A stretch of DNA of 64,000 bases from the NCBI GenBank assembly GCA_964016885.1, contig OZ024746.1:1426001-1490000 (forward strand), in the 5' to 3' direction. Source of the stretch: Eledone cirrhosa. Its lineage: Eukaryota. Both the position numbers and the translations under genes were made by a program. A model generated the notes under the pieces. The model worked only from the letters and a program-made list of their open reading frames with translations, was not told the DNA's origin and searched no databases. Positions 24,562 through 36,763 of this stretch are shown here, piece after piece; position 1 is the first letter of the stretch; every line of letters starts with the position of its first letter.

Positions 24562-27500
24562 ATGGTGCGAAGAATTCAGAAGTCACTTGGCAAATTTGTT
24601 TTTCCTTTAAGTTTGATTGGAACTATTACTGGTGGTGCAGTATTGCTAAAGTAAGTTCTTTATGATTCTTCGAAGTTATTTAAGATATACATAATATAGA
24701 GTTGGCCTGGATATATCATGGCACCAACACTAGAGAGGTTGTCCTATCATGATCTTCCAGGCTGAACAGTCCTTTTAGACTCCATATTGTCTCTGTTCTT
24801 CAGTTAAATATATAAGAACTACATTAGAAGACATTACAATAACTATAAGAGAGGAACATGTTTATATTTTGACAGGGATTATCGTGGTGGTGCTAAATAT
24901 GAAGGTAAAGATAGGATTGCTGGTAAAACGGTCATCGTAACTGGAGCCAACAGTGGCATTGGTAAGGCTGTGGCTACTGGTTTGGCTAGTAGAGGTAAGT
25001 TTATTTTTTAATTTTATCAATTCTATATACCTTCCAATACCACACCACATTGAATTCAATAACTTACAGACAATTGAATTGCATTTAAATCTAAATAAAT
25101 ATCTATATATGTGTTGTAGGTGGAAGGGTAATTCTTGCCTGTCGAGACATGGAGCGATGTGCTGAGGCCCGGAATGACATCATCACTGACACTGCTAACC
25201 TAAATGTTCATTGTAGAAAACTAGATCTTGCATCCATCAAATCAATTAAAGCTTTTGCTTCTGCAATTAACAAAAGTAGGTGACTAATTGTATTTCTGTA
25301 TTGTTTATATACCGTATATACTTGAATATAAGGTGAAGAATATGTTACCAAAACATTGAAGGGAGACAGTGGTGGTTAGCTTGTATTTGGAGTCTATATT
25401 TTGATGATTTTCACCTTCAAATTCTACATAAATAAGGTTTAGATTTTTGCCCATTTCTCAGACATAAAATAGTGGGGTTGGCTTATATTTGAGTATATAC
25501 AGTAAGTGGTAGTGCTGGTGTCATGATAAAATGCACCCAGTACACTCTGTAAGATAGTCGACATTAGGAAGGGCATTGATCCCTAGAAACCATGCCAAAT
25601 ACGAAACATAAGAATCAAGACCTGGCTCTTTGACCAATTTCGTCTCAGACTGTAGCAACTTCTCCAACCAATACCAGCAGGGAAAATGAACATAATATGA
25701 TTATATATATTTAATCAAATATATAGATGGAAAAATCATATTTAATTCCTTACTCAAGTTTGAAGAGAGTTGTATATCCAGTTATTCTCAAGGCTAAAAA
25801 GTTATGTTCCTGCCACTCGTGTATGAGAAAAAGGTTATGGGATGGCAATTAGAGTTATGGCCCTTTGCATTCTGAATTCAAATCCCGCCAAGGTTAGCTT
25901 TGCCTTTGATCCTTACGGAGTCAATAAAATAAGGTACCAGTAATGCACTAGGGTAATTGCTGGCCATGTGCCAAATGTAGAAACAATTATATATATATGT
26001 GTGTGTGTGTATATATATATTTATGTGTGTGTTTTAGTCTAATTTCTCAGATATTGAACTGTTTATTATTTCAGATGAAAGCTGTTTAGATCTACTAATC
26101 AATAATGCTGGGGTGATGTGTTGTCCTAAATCCTTGACTGAAGATGGTTTTGAACAACAACTAGGAATAAATTATTTGGGTAAGTTGGTTCTACTTGTCA
26201 TATGACATACACAATAGAGAGCTAACTCAAGACAGGTGAGCCAGACGAAGACATCATTTGTTGGTGACTGTTATCTGCTTATATCAACTGCAATGTTTCA
26301 CATGTTTATTACTAATAAAACCAAGTCTATAGAGAACAGCTGTTTTCTGAAAATTACTGAGAAATATAATACAGCTAAAGATCTACCAACTAAACTAGTT
26401 ACCTGCTTCAGTGTAGCACACCTGGGCACTGTATATGTCACCTGCTTCAGTGTAATACATCTGAGCACTTATTTCATCTTGCTTTGTCCTTGGTTAATTT
26501 CTAGGGTTGGATGCACTTACTGACCCCAACCCATGCTTTTCAGTATAATGTGAGATTCACAGACTTAAGTGTCTTGGAGTCAAAAACATACACAAAGATA
26601 CATAGAAACAATGGGCTTTTATAGAACCCCTCAACCACATTCATTTATAAGAGATTGCTGTTAGATTTTAATTTAACCCTTTAATGTTCAAACCGGCCAG
26701 AATTCTCTACCTTTTTCTGTTGAAACTGGCTGTAACTGGTCACTCAAACTGATGTTAAGGTATTGTTCTCAAAATAAATACTTTCAAAATCTCATAGATT
26801 CGATATTATGTGAGATAATTATGCGAGATAAAGCCTTTACCATGAAAATATAATAGTATATATAGAGTAATATGAATGCTAAAGGGTTAAATTGGAAACT
26901 TTTAAAATGGGTGATTTTATTTCATAGAACCAGAGCTGGTTTGGGCCAGGTTGGTAACTAAAGGGTTAAAATGAATGGTTTTATTTCATAACCAGAGCCA
27001 ATTTTGATTGGGTTGGTAACTAAAGGGTTAAAAACCATCCTCCCTGCTAAAGGAGGGGTTAGCCTTACAGGTTCCATGTCAAGCTTCAGTCAAAATAGGT
27101 ATGGAGTGGGAGGGAAGGCGTTTGAGGCAGTTTTTCGAATGAATGTCTTTTCTGATTATTAGCTGATATCAATTAAATTTTAAATCTATAATTAAAATTT
27201 TTTTTTGTCCAACTTTTCAGGTCATTTCTTACTGACAGTTTTACTTTTGGACAAATTAAAAAGCTCAGCTCCAAGTCGTATTCTGAATATCTGTAGCCAT
27301 TCTTTCAAAGATGGTTCTATCAACTGGCAGGATTTGAACAGTGCAAAGAACTATGATAAACAGGCAGCATTTTATCAAAGTCATTTAGCCAAAATTCTCT
27401 TCACAACTGAACTCAGTAAGCAGCTTCAAGGTAAATAATTATTTGGAGATCTCTTAATATAGCTAAGCAAATTATTTTGTTCTCTTCTACTTCTTCCTGA

Positions 27501-28441
27501 GAGGGTGGGGGGTCAGTCACTAAACACTTCCTCCAGTGGGTCCTGTCAGAAGCAACTGTTTCCAACTGAATCCCCAAGTGAGACCAGCCAAGCTCAAGGA
27601 TGTTATCCAACCATCTTGCTTGGGGTCTACCCCTGGGTCTTCTGCTGGTTTTGCCTGTAAAATCTGTCCAGCGATTCTGCATCTCATTTACATGTGACCC
27701 CTACGCTTTACTGAGTGCGTTTTCTTGTGGCGTCAGCACTAAGGTGGTTATGTTTTTGACACAGCTAAAGAGTCCTCCTGACCCTTTGTTTGGAATGTTT
27801 TCTATGACTGGATGCCCTTCCTATCTCCAACAACTTTACTGAGTGTGTTGGGAGGTTGAGGACTCTGCTCCCACGATCCTCCGAGCAACAAGTGGATGAA
27901 AAAGATATATTCAGAGAGATGTCAGCAATAAGATAAGTTTATGAGAAGAATAACAACAGTTTCTAATGATTTCCTTTTCTTCTATGTCAGGTTCTGGAGT
28001 TACAGTGAATGCTGTCTACCCAGGTGTTACATATACCAGTTTAGGGGCCAATCTTGGAATCAACAAATCATATATTTCTAGTGTAATATTATGGCCCATT
28101 AAATGGGTCTTAATGAAAACTCCAATACAAGGTGCACAGACGATCTTATTTTGTGGTATTGATCCCAGTCTTAAAACAGTTTCTGGAAAATACTTCTGGT
28201 ATGGTTAACTTTGTTTTAATATTTAATAATTTCAATTCTTCTTTATGTAGAAACTCCTTATATTACATAATCTAGTTACAAATATATAATTAACCATGGC
28301 AACTTGACATTAAACTGTTATGAATGTTTGTTTTACCTTTTCAGCAATAACAAAGAAATGGAGTTTCCAGGAAATGCTTTAGATGCAGAAGCTGCCAAAA
28401 GACTGTGGCTTATTAGTGAGAAATGGATGAGACTAAAATGA
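24562..28441 (+). CDS. RDH13: Retinol dehydrogenase 13-like short-chain dehydrogenase/reductase, 7 coding exons
   Basis: Exons 24562-24650, 24876-24994, 25120-25275, 26075-26179, 27221-27430, 27991-28198, 28345-28441, all GT-AG and in phase. Motifs: PLSLIGTITGGAVLLKDY (RDH13-type N-terminus), TGANSGIG, LDLAS, NNAG, GHFLLT, YPG, SGKYF, AKRLW. The catalytic YxxxK position reads FYQSH. Confidence 0.9.
25312..25502. mobile_element. Tc1/mariner-pogo-type MITE in RDH13 intron 3
   Basis: TA|ccgtatatacttgaatataagg ... gcttatatttgagtatatacag|TA inverted termini. Confidence 0.8.
26677..26886. mobile_element. TTAA-flanked piggyBac-like MITE
   Basis: TTAA|ccctttaatgttca ... tgaatgctaaaggg|TTAA. Confidence 0.75.
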
Positions 28442-28712
28442 CACACCTTAATTGATTTATACAAATTGTGTGTTTTGTAAATAAAAGATAATGAGAAAAT
28501 ATTTGCTATCTTGTCATAAAATCTTTTTACAAAAGTAATGACATAGTTGTGGTCTAGTGGCAAGGATGTTGGACTTAGTTGGTTTGGGCCAGGCTGGTAA
28601 CTAAAAGGTTGGACCTAGCTGGTTTAGCATGGTCTAGTGGCAAGGGTGTTGGACTTGGTAACTAAAGGGTTAATCAAAGAAAATAAAAAATAAACACAAG
28701 ATACAATTTTTA

Positions 28713-31700
28713 TTATGTATTTATCATTCCAGGTAACACCTTGCCTCTTTTAACAGATTTCTTTGATTTAGAAACTTTCACTTTATCTTTTCTTTTCTGA
28801 ATGTTCCTTGTACGTTTAGATTGTTTAGCCTCAATCTTCTTCTCCACATTCTTTTCACGTTCATCCCAAGCCTTTTTACGTTTCATTTTTAATTTCTCTT
28901 TTCTTTTCAGAGCTTTTTTTAAAAGCTGTGGATCATCTTTAATCTTCTTCCCCATGGCTTTGTCTAATGCAGCCTTCATCTTAGCATCAGACTTCATCTT
29001 ATCAGCAGCCTCACAATCTATTATTTCCAACTCTTTAACTTTCTTCTCAGTCTTTTCCATTTTGGCCAGGAGTTGTTTGTAGTTTTTGCCGTGGAGTCCT
29101 GTTATAGTTTTACGTTTTTTTTTTTTGTCATCAATTTCAAGACAACCGTAAAGAAACTTATCATCTTGGTCAGTTTCTGGAGCGGCTTTCTCTACTTTCT
29201 TCTCCTTCTTAACCATATTCTCTGTCTTTGTAGATAAAGACTTTTTCTTCTTTTGTAGTTTTTTCTCTTGCTTCTTTATACGTCTTCTTTCCAGTACAAC
29301 TCCCCTCTCAAGTAATTTACGTTTGGCTGAAATAAAAGACAAATATAACAACAGAATTTAGTAATTTTAACATTGGTCATTTTGGGGAATGACCTAAAGA
29401 ATATGGTATAAGTAGCTAAAATGGGATTCCTCCGAAGGGTCTTTGGAGTAACACTACTCAATTGAGTGCGTAGCTTGGAGATCGGAAAGTCACTCCGGGT
29501 AGAGCTGCTATGTCCCCAAATTGAGAGATTACAGCTCTGATACTATGGGCATGTGGTTAGAATGTCTCAGGAAAGAATAGCTGGACAAAACCAACCAGCA
29601 GTAAGATGGTTAAATAACATCCATGAGCTTGGCTTGTCTTGCTTGGTGATCCAGCCAAATCAGTTGGAGATAGTTGCTTTTGACAGCCTCCTGGAAGGAG
29701 TGTTTGAGGACTCTACCTCCACAAATACTTGATTGTTTTCAAAATTATTTGAATATATTGGCAGTATCTTTCATAAGAAATGGAGTAATGAAAGGGTTAA
29801 AAGGAGTACAAAATGAAATTAACCCATTCATTACCACATTTCTCATGAAATATAGTTTTAATTAATTAATGAATGAAGAATTTGGAAGGATTTACTAAAA
29901 TTATTAATTATTTTACTACTAAGATAGTAACTTAATGTAAGGTTCTTATATAAAAGTATGTTGGAAGATTTTTATTTAAATTGGAAACCTTTAAAATGGG
30001 TGGTTTTATTTCATAGAACCAGAGCTGTTTTTGGCTGGGTTGGTAACTAAAGGGTTAAAATGGGTGGTTTTATTTCATAGAACCAGGGCTGGGTTGGTAA
30101 CTAAAGGGTTAAAATGGGTGGTTTTATTTCATAGAACCAGGGCTGGGTTGGTAACTAAAGGGTTAAAATGGGTGGTTTTATTTCATAGAACCAGGGCTGG
30201 GTTGGTAACTAAAGGGTTAAAATGGGTGGTTTTATTTCATAGAACCAGGGCTGGGTTGGTAACTAAAGGGTTAAAATGGGTGGTTTTATTTCATAGAACC
30301 AGGGCTGGGTTGGTAACTAAAGGGTTAAAATGGGTGGTTTTATTTCATAGAACCAGGGCTGGGTTGGTAACTAAAGGGTTAAAATGGGTGGTTTTATTTC
30401 ATAGAACCAGGGCTGGGTTGGTAACTAAAGGGTTAAAATGGGAGGTTTTATTTCATAGAACCAGAGCTGTTTTTGGCTGGGTTGGTAACTAAAGGGTTAA
30501 AATGGGTGGTTTTATTTCATAGAACCAGGGCTGGGTTGGTAACTAAAGGGTTAAAATGGGTGGTTTTATTTCATAGAACCAGGGCTGGGTTGGTAACTAA
30601 AGGGTTAAAATGGGTGGTTTTATTTCATAGAACCAGGGCTGGGTTGGTAACTAAAGGGTTAAAATGGGAGGTTTTATTTCATAGAACCAGAGCTGTTTTT
30701 GGCTGGGTTGGTAACTAAAGGGTTAAAATGGGTGGTTTTATTTCATAGAACCAGGGCCGGGTTGGTAACTAAAGGGTTAAAATGGGTGGTTTTATTTGAT
30801 AGAACCAGAGCTAGTTTTGGCTGGGTTGGTAACTAAAGGGTTAAAATGGGTAGTTTTATTTCATAGAACCAGGGTTGGTTTTGGCTGGGTTGGTAACTAA
30901 TGGGTAGTTTTATTTCATAGAACCAGAGCTGGTTTTGACTGGGTTGGTAACTAAAGGGTTAAAATGGGTGGTTTTATTTCATAGAACCAGGATTGGTTTT
31001 GGCTTGGTTGGTAACTGAAGGGTTAATACAATATTGCAGATTTGTTGTTGTTTAGGTCAAAAAGCAAACATTGATTAGCAGATATTCTACTTACACTGTA
31101 AGGATTCAATCTTGTTCTGAAGTTTAATTTCTAGTTGAATGGCATTGTCTTCGACTGTAAAGAAACAGTAAATTTATCACAATCATCAATATCTACATGA
31201 CAAACACACCCAGTACACGCTGTAAAGTGGTTGAGGATAGGCAGGTCATCCAGTGTAGAAAGCTGGTCAAACAAAGGTTGGGAGGACCCTCAGTTGTGTC
31301 AAGGACATGACAACCCTCCTTGTACACTTGGTGGAACGTGGGACCGTACATAAGATAGATCCCTGGTCTATCTGAGAAATCAGTAGCTACCTCTTCTGTA
31401 GTGACTTGGTCTATTTAGACACATCCAACCCTTGCTAGCAGAGAAAGCAAACATTAAAATGGCAATGATTCTGACATTTTGTCATTTTTACATCATCAAT
31501 TAGAAACCAGTTTTCCCATACTGGAATAGATTGGATAAGTTGCAGCATATTGCCATCTTTAAAACTACAAATATATTACTTACTTTCTTTACAATCAGCT
31601 ACTGGGCCTTTTGCTTTGCTATGTTTTGATTTTGGTTCTAAGGGTGTCTTTTTAGGGCCATTAGGTATGAGGGAAAAGAGCTGTTCAAACAACTGATTGT

Positions 31701-31731
31701 CTTCTTCAATGTTAGGTAGATTGATGGCCAT
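28713..31731 (-). CDS. SURF6: Surfeit locus protein 6 (nucleolar ribosome biogenesis factor, Rrp14 family), 3 coding exons
   Basis: Exons 31731-31584 (MAINLPNIEEDNQLFEQLFSLIP...), 31154-31095 and 29326-28713, in phase. The Lys-rich C-terminus GKKIKDDPQLLKKALKRKEK...KKAWDER...KRTRNIQKRK...GKVLPG is typical of SURF6. Possible 5' UTR exon donor at 34837-34832. Confidence 0.92.
29823..30054 (+). mobile_element. TTAA-flanked piggyBac-like MITE (other copies or ends at 39697-39925 minus, 41540-41636 minus, 26890-27030, 28575-28672)
   Basis: TTAA|cccattcattacc ... ggtaactaaaggg|TTAA. A reverse-complement copy lies at 39697-39925. Confidence 0.75.
29990..31026. repeat. 54-64-bp minisatellite made from a MITE terminus (about 17 copies)
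   Basis: Unit aatgggtggttttatttcatagaaccagggctgggttggtaactaaagggttaa. Confidence 0.95.
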
Positions 31732-31773
31732 CTGAAGTAAAAGGAAATAGATTACATTTTATTAGGTTATAAA

Positions 31774-34056
31774 TGGGCTGTGACTGCAGAAGACATGTGG
31801 TGCTGCCTTGTAGTGAAACATTGGCTGTGACTGCAGAAGACATGTGGTGCTGCCTTGTAGTGAAACATTGGCAGTGACTGCAGAAGACATGCAGTGCTGC
31901 ATTGTAGTGAAACATTGGCTGTGACTGCAGAAGACATGTGGTGCTGCCTTGTAGTGAAACATGGGCTGTGACTGCAGAAGACATGTGGTGCTGCCTTGTA
32001 GTGAAACATTGGCAGTGACTGCAGAAGACATGTGGTGCTGCCTTGTAGTGAAACATTGGCAGTGACTGCAGAAGACATGTGGTGCTGCATTGTAGTTAAA
32101 CATTGGCAGTGACTGCAGAAGACATGTGGTGCTGCATTGTAGTTAAACATTGGCAGTGACTGCAGAAGACATGTGGTGCTGCATTGTAGTTAAACATTGG
32201 CAGTGACTGCAGAAGACATGTGGTGCTGCATTGTAGTTAAACATTGGCAGTGACTGCAGAAGACATGTGGTGCTGCATTGTAGTTAAACATTGGCAGTGA
32301 CTGCAGAAGACATGTGGTGCTGCATTGTAGTGAAACATTGGCTGTGACTGCAGAAGACATGTGGTGCTGCCTTGTAGTTAAACATTGGCAGTGACTGCAG
32401 AAGACATGTGGTGCTGCCTTGTAGTGAAACATGGTCTGTGACTGCAGAAGACGTGTGGTGCTGCATTGTAGTTAAACATGGGCTGTGACTGCAGAAGACA
32501 TGTGGTGCTGCCTTGTAGTTAAACATTGGCTGTGACTGCAGAAGACATGTGGTGCTGCCTTGTAGTGAAACATGGGCTGTGACTGCAGAAGACATGTGGT
32601 GCTGCCTTGTAGTTAAACATTGGCTGTGACTGCAGAATACATGTGGTGCTGCCTTGTAGTGAAACATTGGCTGTGACTGCAGAAGACATGTGGTGCTGCC
32701 TTGTAGTGAAACATTGGCTGTGACTGCAGAAGACATGTGGTGCTGCCTTGTAGTGAAACATTGGCTGTGACTGCAGAAGACATGTGGTGCTGCCTTGTAG
32801 TGAAACATTGGCAGTGACTGCAGAAGACATGTGGTGCTGCCTTGTAGTGAAACATGGGCTGTGACTGCAGAAGACATGTGGTGCTGCATTGTAGTGAAAC
32901 ATTGGCAGTGACTGCAGAAGACATGCTGTGCTACCTTGTAGTGAAACATTGGCTGTGACTGCAGAAGACATGTGGTGCTGCCTTGTAGTGAAACATTGGC
33001 TGTGACTGCAGAAGACATGTGGTGCTGCATTGTAGTTAAACATTGGCTGTGACTGCAGAAGACATGTGGTGCTGCATTGTAGTTAAACATTGGCTGTGAC
33101 TGCAGAAGACATGTGGTGCTGCATTGTAGTTAAACATTGGTTGTGACTGCAGAAGACATGTGGTGCTGCCTTGTAGTTAAACATTGGCAGTGACTGCAGA
33201 AGACATGTGGTGCTGCCTTGTAGTGAAACATTGGCAGTGACTGCAGAAGACATGTGGTGCTGCCTTGTAGTTAAACATTGGCAGTGACTGCAGAAGACAT
33301 GTGGTGCTGCCTTGTAGTTAAACATTGGCAGTGACTGCAGAAGACATGTGGTGCTGCCTTGTAGTTAAACATTGGCAGTGACTGCAGAAGACATGTGGTG
33401 CTGCCTTGTAGTTAAACATTGGCAGTGACTGCAGAAGACATGTGGTGCTGCCTTGTAGTTAAACATTGGCTGTGACTGCAGAAGACATGTGGTGCTGCCT
33501 TGTAGTTAAACATTGGCAGGGACTGCAGAAGACATGTTGTGCTGCCTTGTAGTGAAACATTGGCTGTGACTGCAGAAGACATGTGGTGCTGCCTTGTAGT
33601 TAAACATTGGCTGTGACTGCAGAAGACATGTGGTGCTGCCTTGTAGTTAAACATTGGCAGTGACTGCAGAAGACATGTGGTGCTGCCTTGTAGTGAAACA
33701 TTGGCTGTGACTGCAGAAGACATGTGGTGCTGCCTTGTAGTGAAACATTGGCTGTGACTGCAGAAGACATGTGGTGCTGCCTTGTAGTTAAACATTGGCT
33801 GTGACTGCAGAAGACATGTGGTGCTGCATTGTAGTTAAACATTGGCAGTGACTGCAGAAGACATGTGGTGCTGCATTGTAGTTAAACATTGGCAGTGACT
33901 GCAGAAGACATGTGGTGCTGCCTTGTAGTGAAACATTGGCTGTGACTGCAGAAGACATGTGGTGCTGCATTGTAGTGAAACATGGTCTGTGACTGCAGAA
34001 GACATGTGGTGCTACATGGTAGTGAAACATGGACTGTGACTGCAGAAGACATGTGT
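31774..34056. repeat. 47-bp minisatellite derived from RTE coding sequence (about 48 copies)
   Basis: Unit gtgactgcagaagacatgtggtgctgccttgtagtgaaacattggct. Confidence 0.97.
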
Positions 34057-34296
34057 AGACTGGAGAGAAATGAAGCAGTTATGCTTCATTGGATGTGCAA
34101 TGTAAATGTGGGAGAAAGGCAGAGTTGGGATGAACTGAGGGAGAAGCTGGGTTTAAAAGGAATCTGAGGTGGTGTACAGGAGAGAAGACTGCGTTGGTAG
34201 AAATGTGATATGCATGGATGATGGGTGAAGAAGTACCAGGAAAAGCCTGTGGAAGGAAGCCACAGAAGAGGTAGACCAACAAAAACCTGGGCAGAG
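34005..34296 (+). mobile_element. RTE LINE 3' coding fragment
   Basis: VLHGSETWTVTAEDMCRLERNEAVMLHWMCNV...DELREKLG, homologous to 47592-47951. Confidence 0.85.
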
Positions 34297-35730
34297 GTAT
34301 GTGTAATATAATCCTAATACACATTAGGATTATAGTTAGTGGCAGTTCCTTAGGATAATCTTGTTGGTTTGTATGTGTAATATATGAGTGGACTGTATAA
34401 TACATGTTAGAATTATAGTTTGGGAGTTCGTTAGGGTTATCTTGTTGATTCATGTGTGTAATATATGAGCGGGCATGAGAAATGAATCCGGTGAATGAGA
34501 CGAGATATTTTCATTTTCTTGTTAGAAGCTCTAATATCTATGATAACTGAGAATAAATATCATTGTGTAGAATGTATCCAGACGATATTATAATCTGGAC
34601 TGGGCAGAAATGTCACAAACTAGTGAGAAAAATCTCCTCCATAAGTCGGACATGACATATTATATAGTATAGGAACCACGTGTTTATAGTATTAAATAAA
34701 ATCCAATATAATAATCAGCAAGGACAGAGACATTTAGAATTAACGTCAAATAAATAAAACTATGAGATAATGTTTTGACAGCTAATATTTAAAACAAATC
34801 ACTAAAAAGTATATTTACAAGAAAGAAACAGACTTACATTTACCCACGTTGTATTTACAACACGGTAAGATACGAATTTAAAAAACTGCTAACTTTATTT
34901 GCTATAAATAAAAAATGAATTGGTAAGAATTTTAAAAATTAAATGACATTTTCTAATATATAAATAATTAAAATAAAAATTTAACAATACAGAATTAATA
35001 TTTAACATTTAATTTAGCGAAGAAAGAAAAATATCAAAAGTTCGCAACTAAATATTGAATGCTTGTTTCCAATTACTCTTTTTCGTTTACAATTAAAGGT
35101 ACATAACTCAGTTTTGACGATGAGTCTAACACAAAACAATAAATGTTAGTGGCTAGACATGCCACAGACACGAGTACCCATAACGTAATTCTGAGCGAGG
35201 CAATGATGGCTCTTTGAATTACAGATAAAGTTAATCCGACTTGCTTCCGTCTCCCCGATATTACTCTCAAAACATTTACTACACACTTAGGCTGTAGTTT
35301 CTACTTTTGGCACAAGGCCAGCAATCAACCAGTACATTACTGGTACTTTCTTTTATCGACCCCGTAAGGATGAAAGGCAAAGTTAACAAGGGCCATAACT
35401 CCATCCTGCAAATCATGGTGTCTGACGCTCTATCGATTACTGCCAAACCACCGCCCTAGGCCGTAAGTAAATGACGCCCAAGATAGCACAAGTGATAACG
35501 AGACTAAGTCGGTGAAATAGCCAAGCACCCTTATCAGTATCACCTGATATTTTAGTAAGTTGGATTATTGAATACATTGGCGCAACTATTAAATTCAAGA
35601 TGAAATTCTTAACATGGTAGGTTTGGAATTCCTCGAAGACATCCGTCAACACCATACCACTATATTAGTTTTTATTTCCGTTTCCCCTCAAGGGAAGTTT
35701 AATTTGTTGTTGTTTTATTATTATTATTAC

Positions 35731-36763
35731 GTGGAGGGCTGGGCATGTCGTGGCTGATGATGCGCAGACACGCGCTCAGGCTACGACATCTCCACCTCTT
35801 CCTCGACGGTGATCAGGTGTGATCGCCGTTTGCTAGACACGTCTTTCTCCAGCTCGTCTCCTTGAAGGAGCTGCAGTCCTGGGTCAAGCGAAGACCGAGA
35901 GGGAGCGCTTGGAGACTGGAATGTCTTCAGGCGCTCACAGCCCTCGACCAATCGGGCAATGTGATCGGTGGAAACTCCAGCTTGGCGTTCTATGAGGGGA
36001 AGAGCGTCGACGAAAATCAAGTAGCCAATCTCTTCGGAAGGACTTTCGGGCCGGGGCCCTATGGAGAACTTCCAGAAATCCCTGGCCTGGCAGTGCTACC
36101 GAGGAGCTTTGCCAGTTCGGGATAAACTCTACAGGCATGGAGGTGCCGTCAGACGGGCATGTCCGAGCATTGCTGACATGTGGGTTTATGTCGAACACCT
36201 GTTGTCACGTGTAGGACGGATCCAGCTATCAGCTGAGTCCATCGTGAGGATTGCCCCGCCCTCTTCCTTTAGCCGGGAAGGGCAGGCAGTTTTTATCTGT
36301 CTGTTGGCTATGGCGAAAGAGATAGTATGGTGGACACGTTTGAAAGGGAGGGCTGAAGACGAGCACTTACCTCTTCGGTGATGCCCTGATTAACTTTTTC
36401 AAATTTCATTTGAAAAGGAAAATCAGGGTAGAGAGGGAAGTGCTCTCTTCCCAGCATTTTGTTGAAGATGGGTGAGAGAAGCAAGTATGGCCCGAGTGAA
36501 TGGGCCTACTCTGAGTATCTGTCTGTAAATTAAAAGTGGAAAACTGGGAGAGGGCATTTGCCCTGGTGGTCAGGGTCACTGTGGCCTTTTAATGGGCTTT
36601 CTCCACAAATGTCCCTCGGAAGTCTCCCCCCTATTGGGGAATTTTTCATTGTTATTTTTATTACATCCTCTGTTTTTTTTACACGCAGAAATGCCCATTT
36701 GTACCGTCCTGTACTGTCCTTAATGTCTACTTTATGTAAACCCTTGTGGTTAATAAAGAAAAC
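35731..36763 (+). mobile_element. 5'-truncated L1/Tx1-type LINE 3' end (zf-RVT-like region)
   Basis: GC-rich island encoding FQKSLAWQCYRGALPVRDKLYRHG...CP...W.YVEHLL...AKEIVWWTR, with frameshifts. AATAAA near 36752. (TTA)n on both sides. Confidence 0.7.

Noticed and set aside
1-28441. Functional pigmentation/vision cluster of HPS4 with RDH13
   Set aside because: Adjacency alone is not evidence, and the neighbours SURF6 and SSRP1 are unrelated housekeeping genes.
31712-34030. Cys/His-rich repetitive ORFs resembling zinc-finger arrays
   Set aside because: The 47-bp unit is not a multiple of 3 and derives from the opposite-strand RTE motif.
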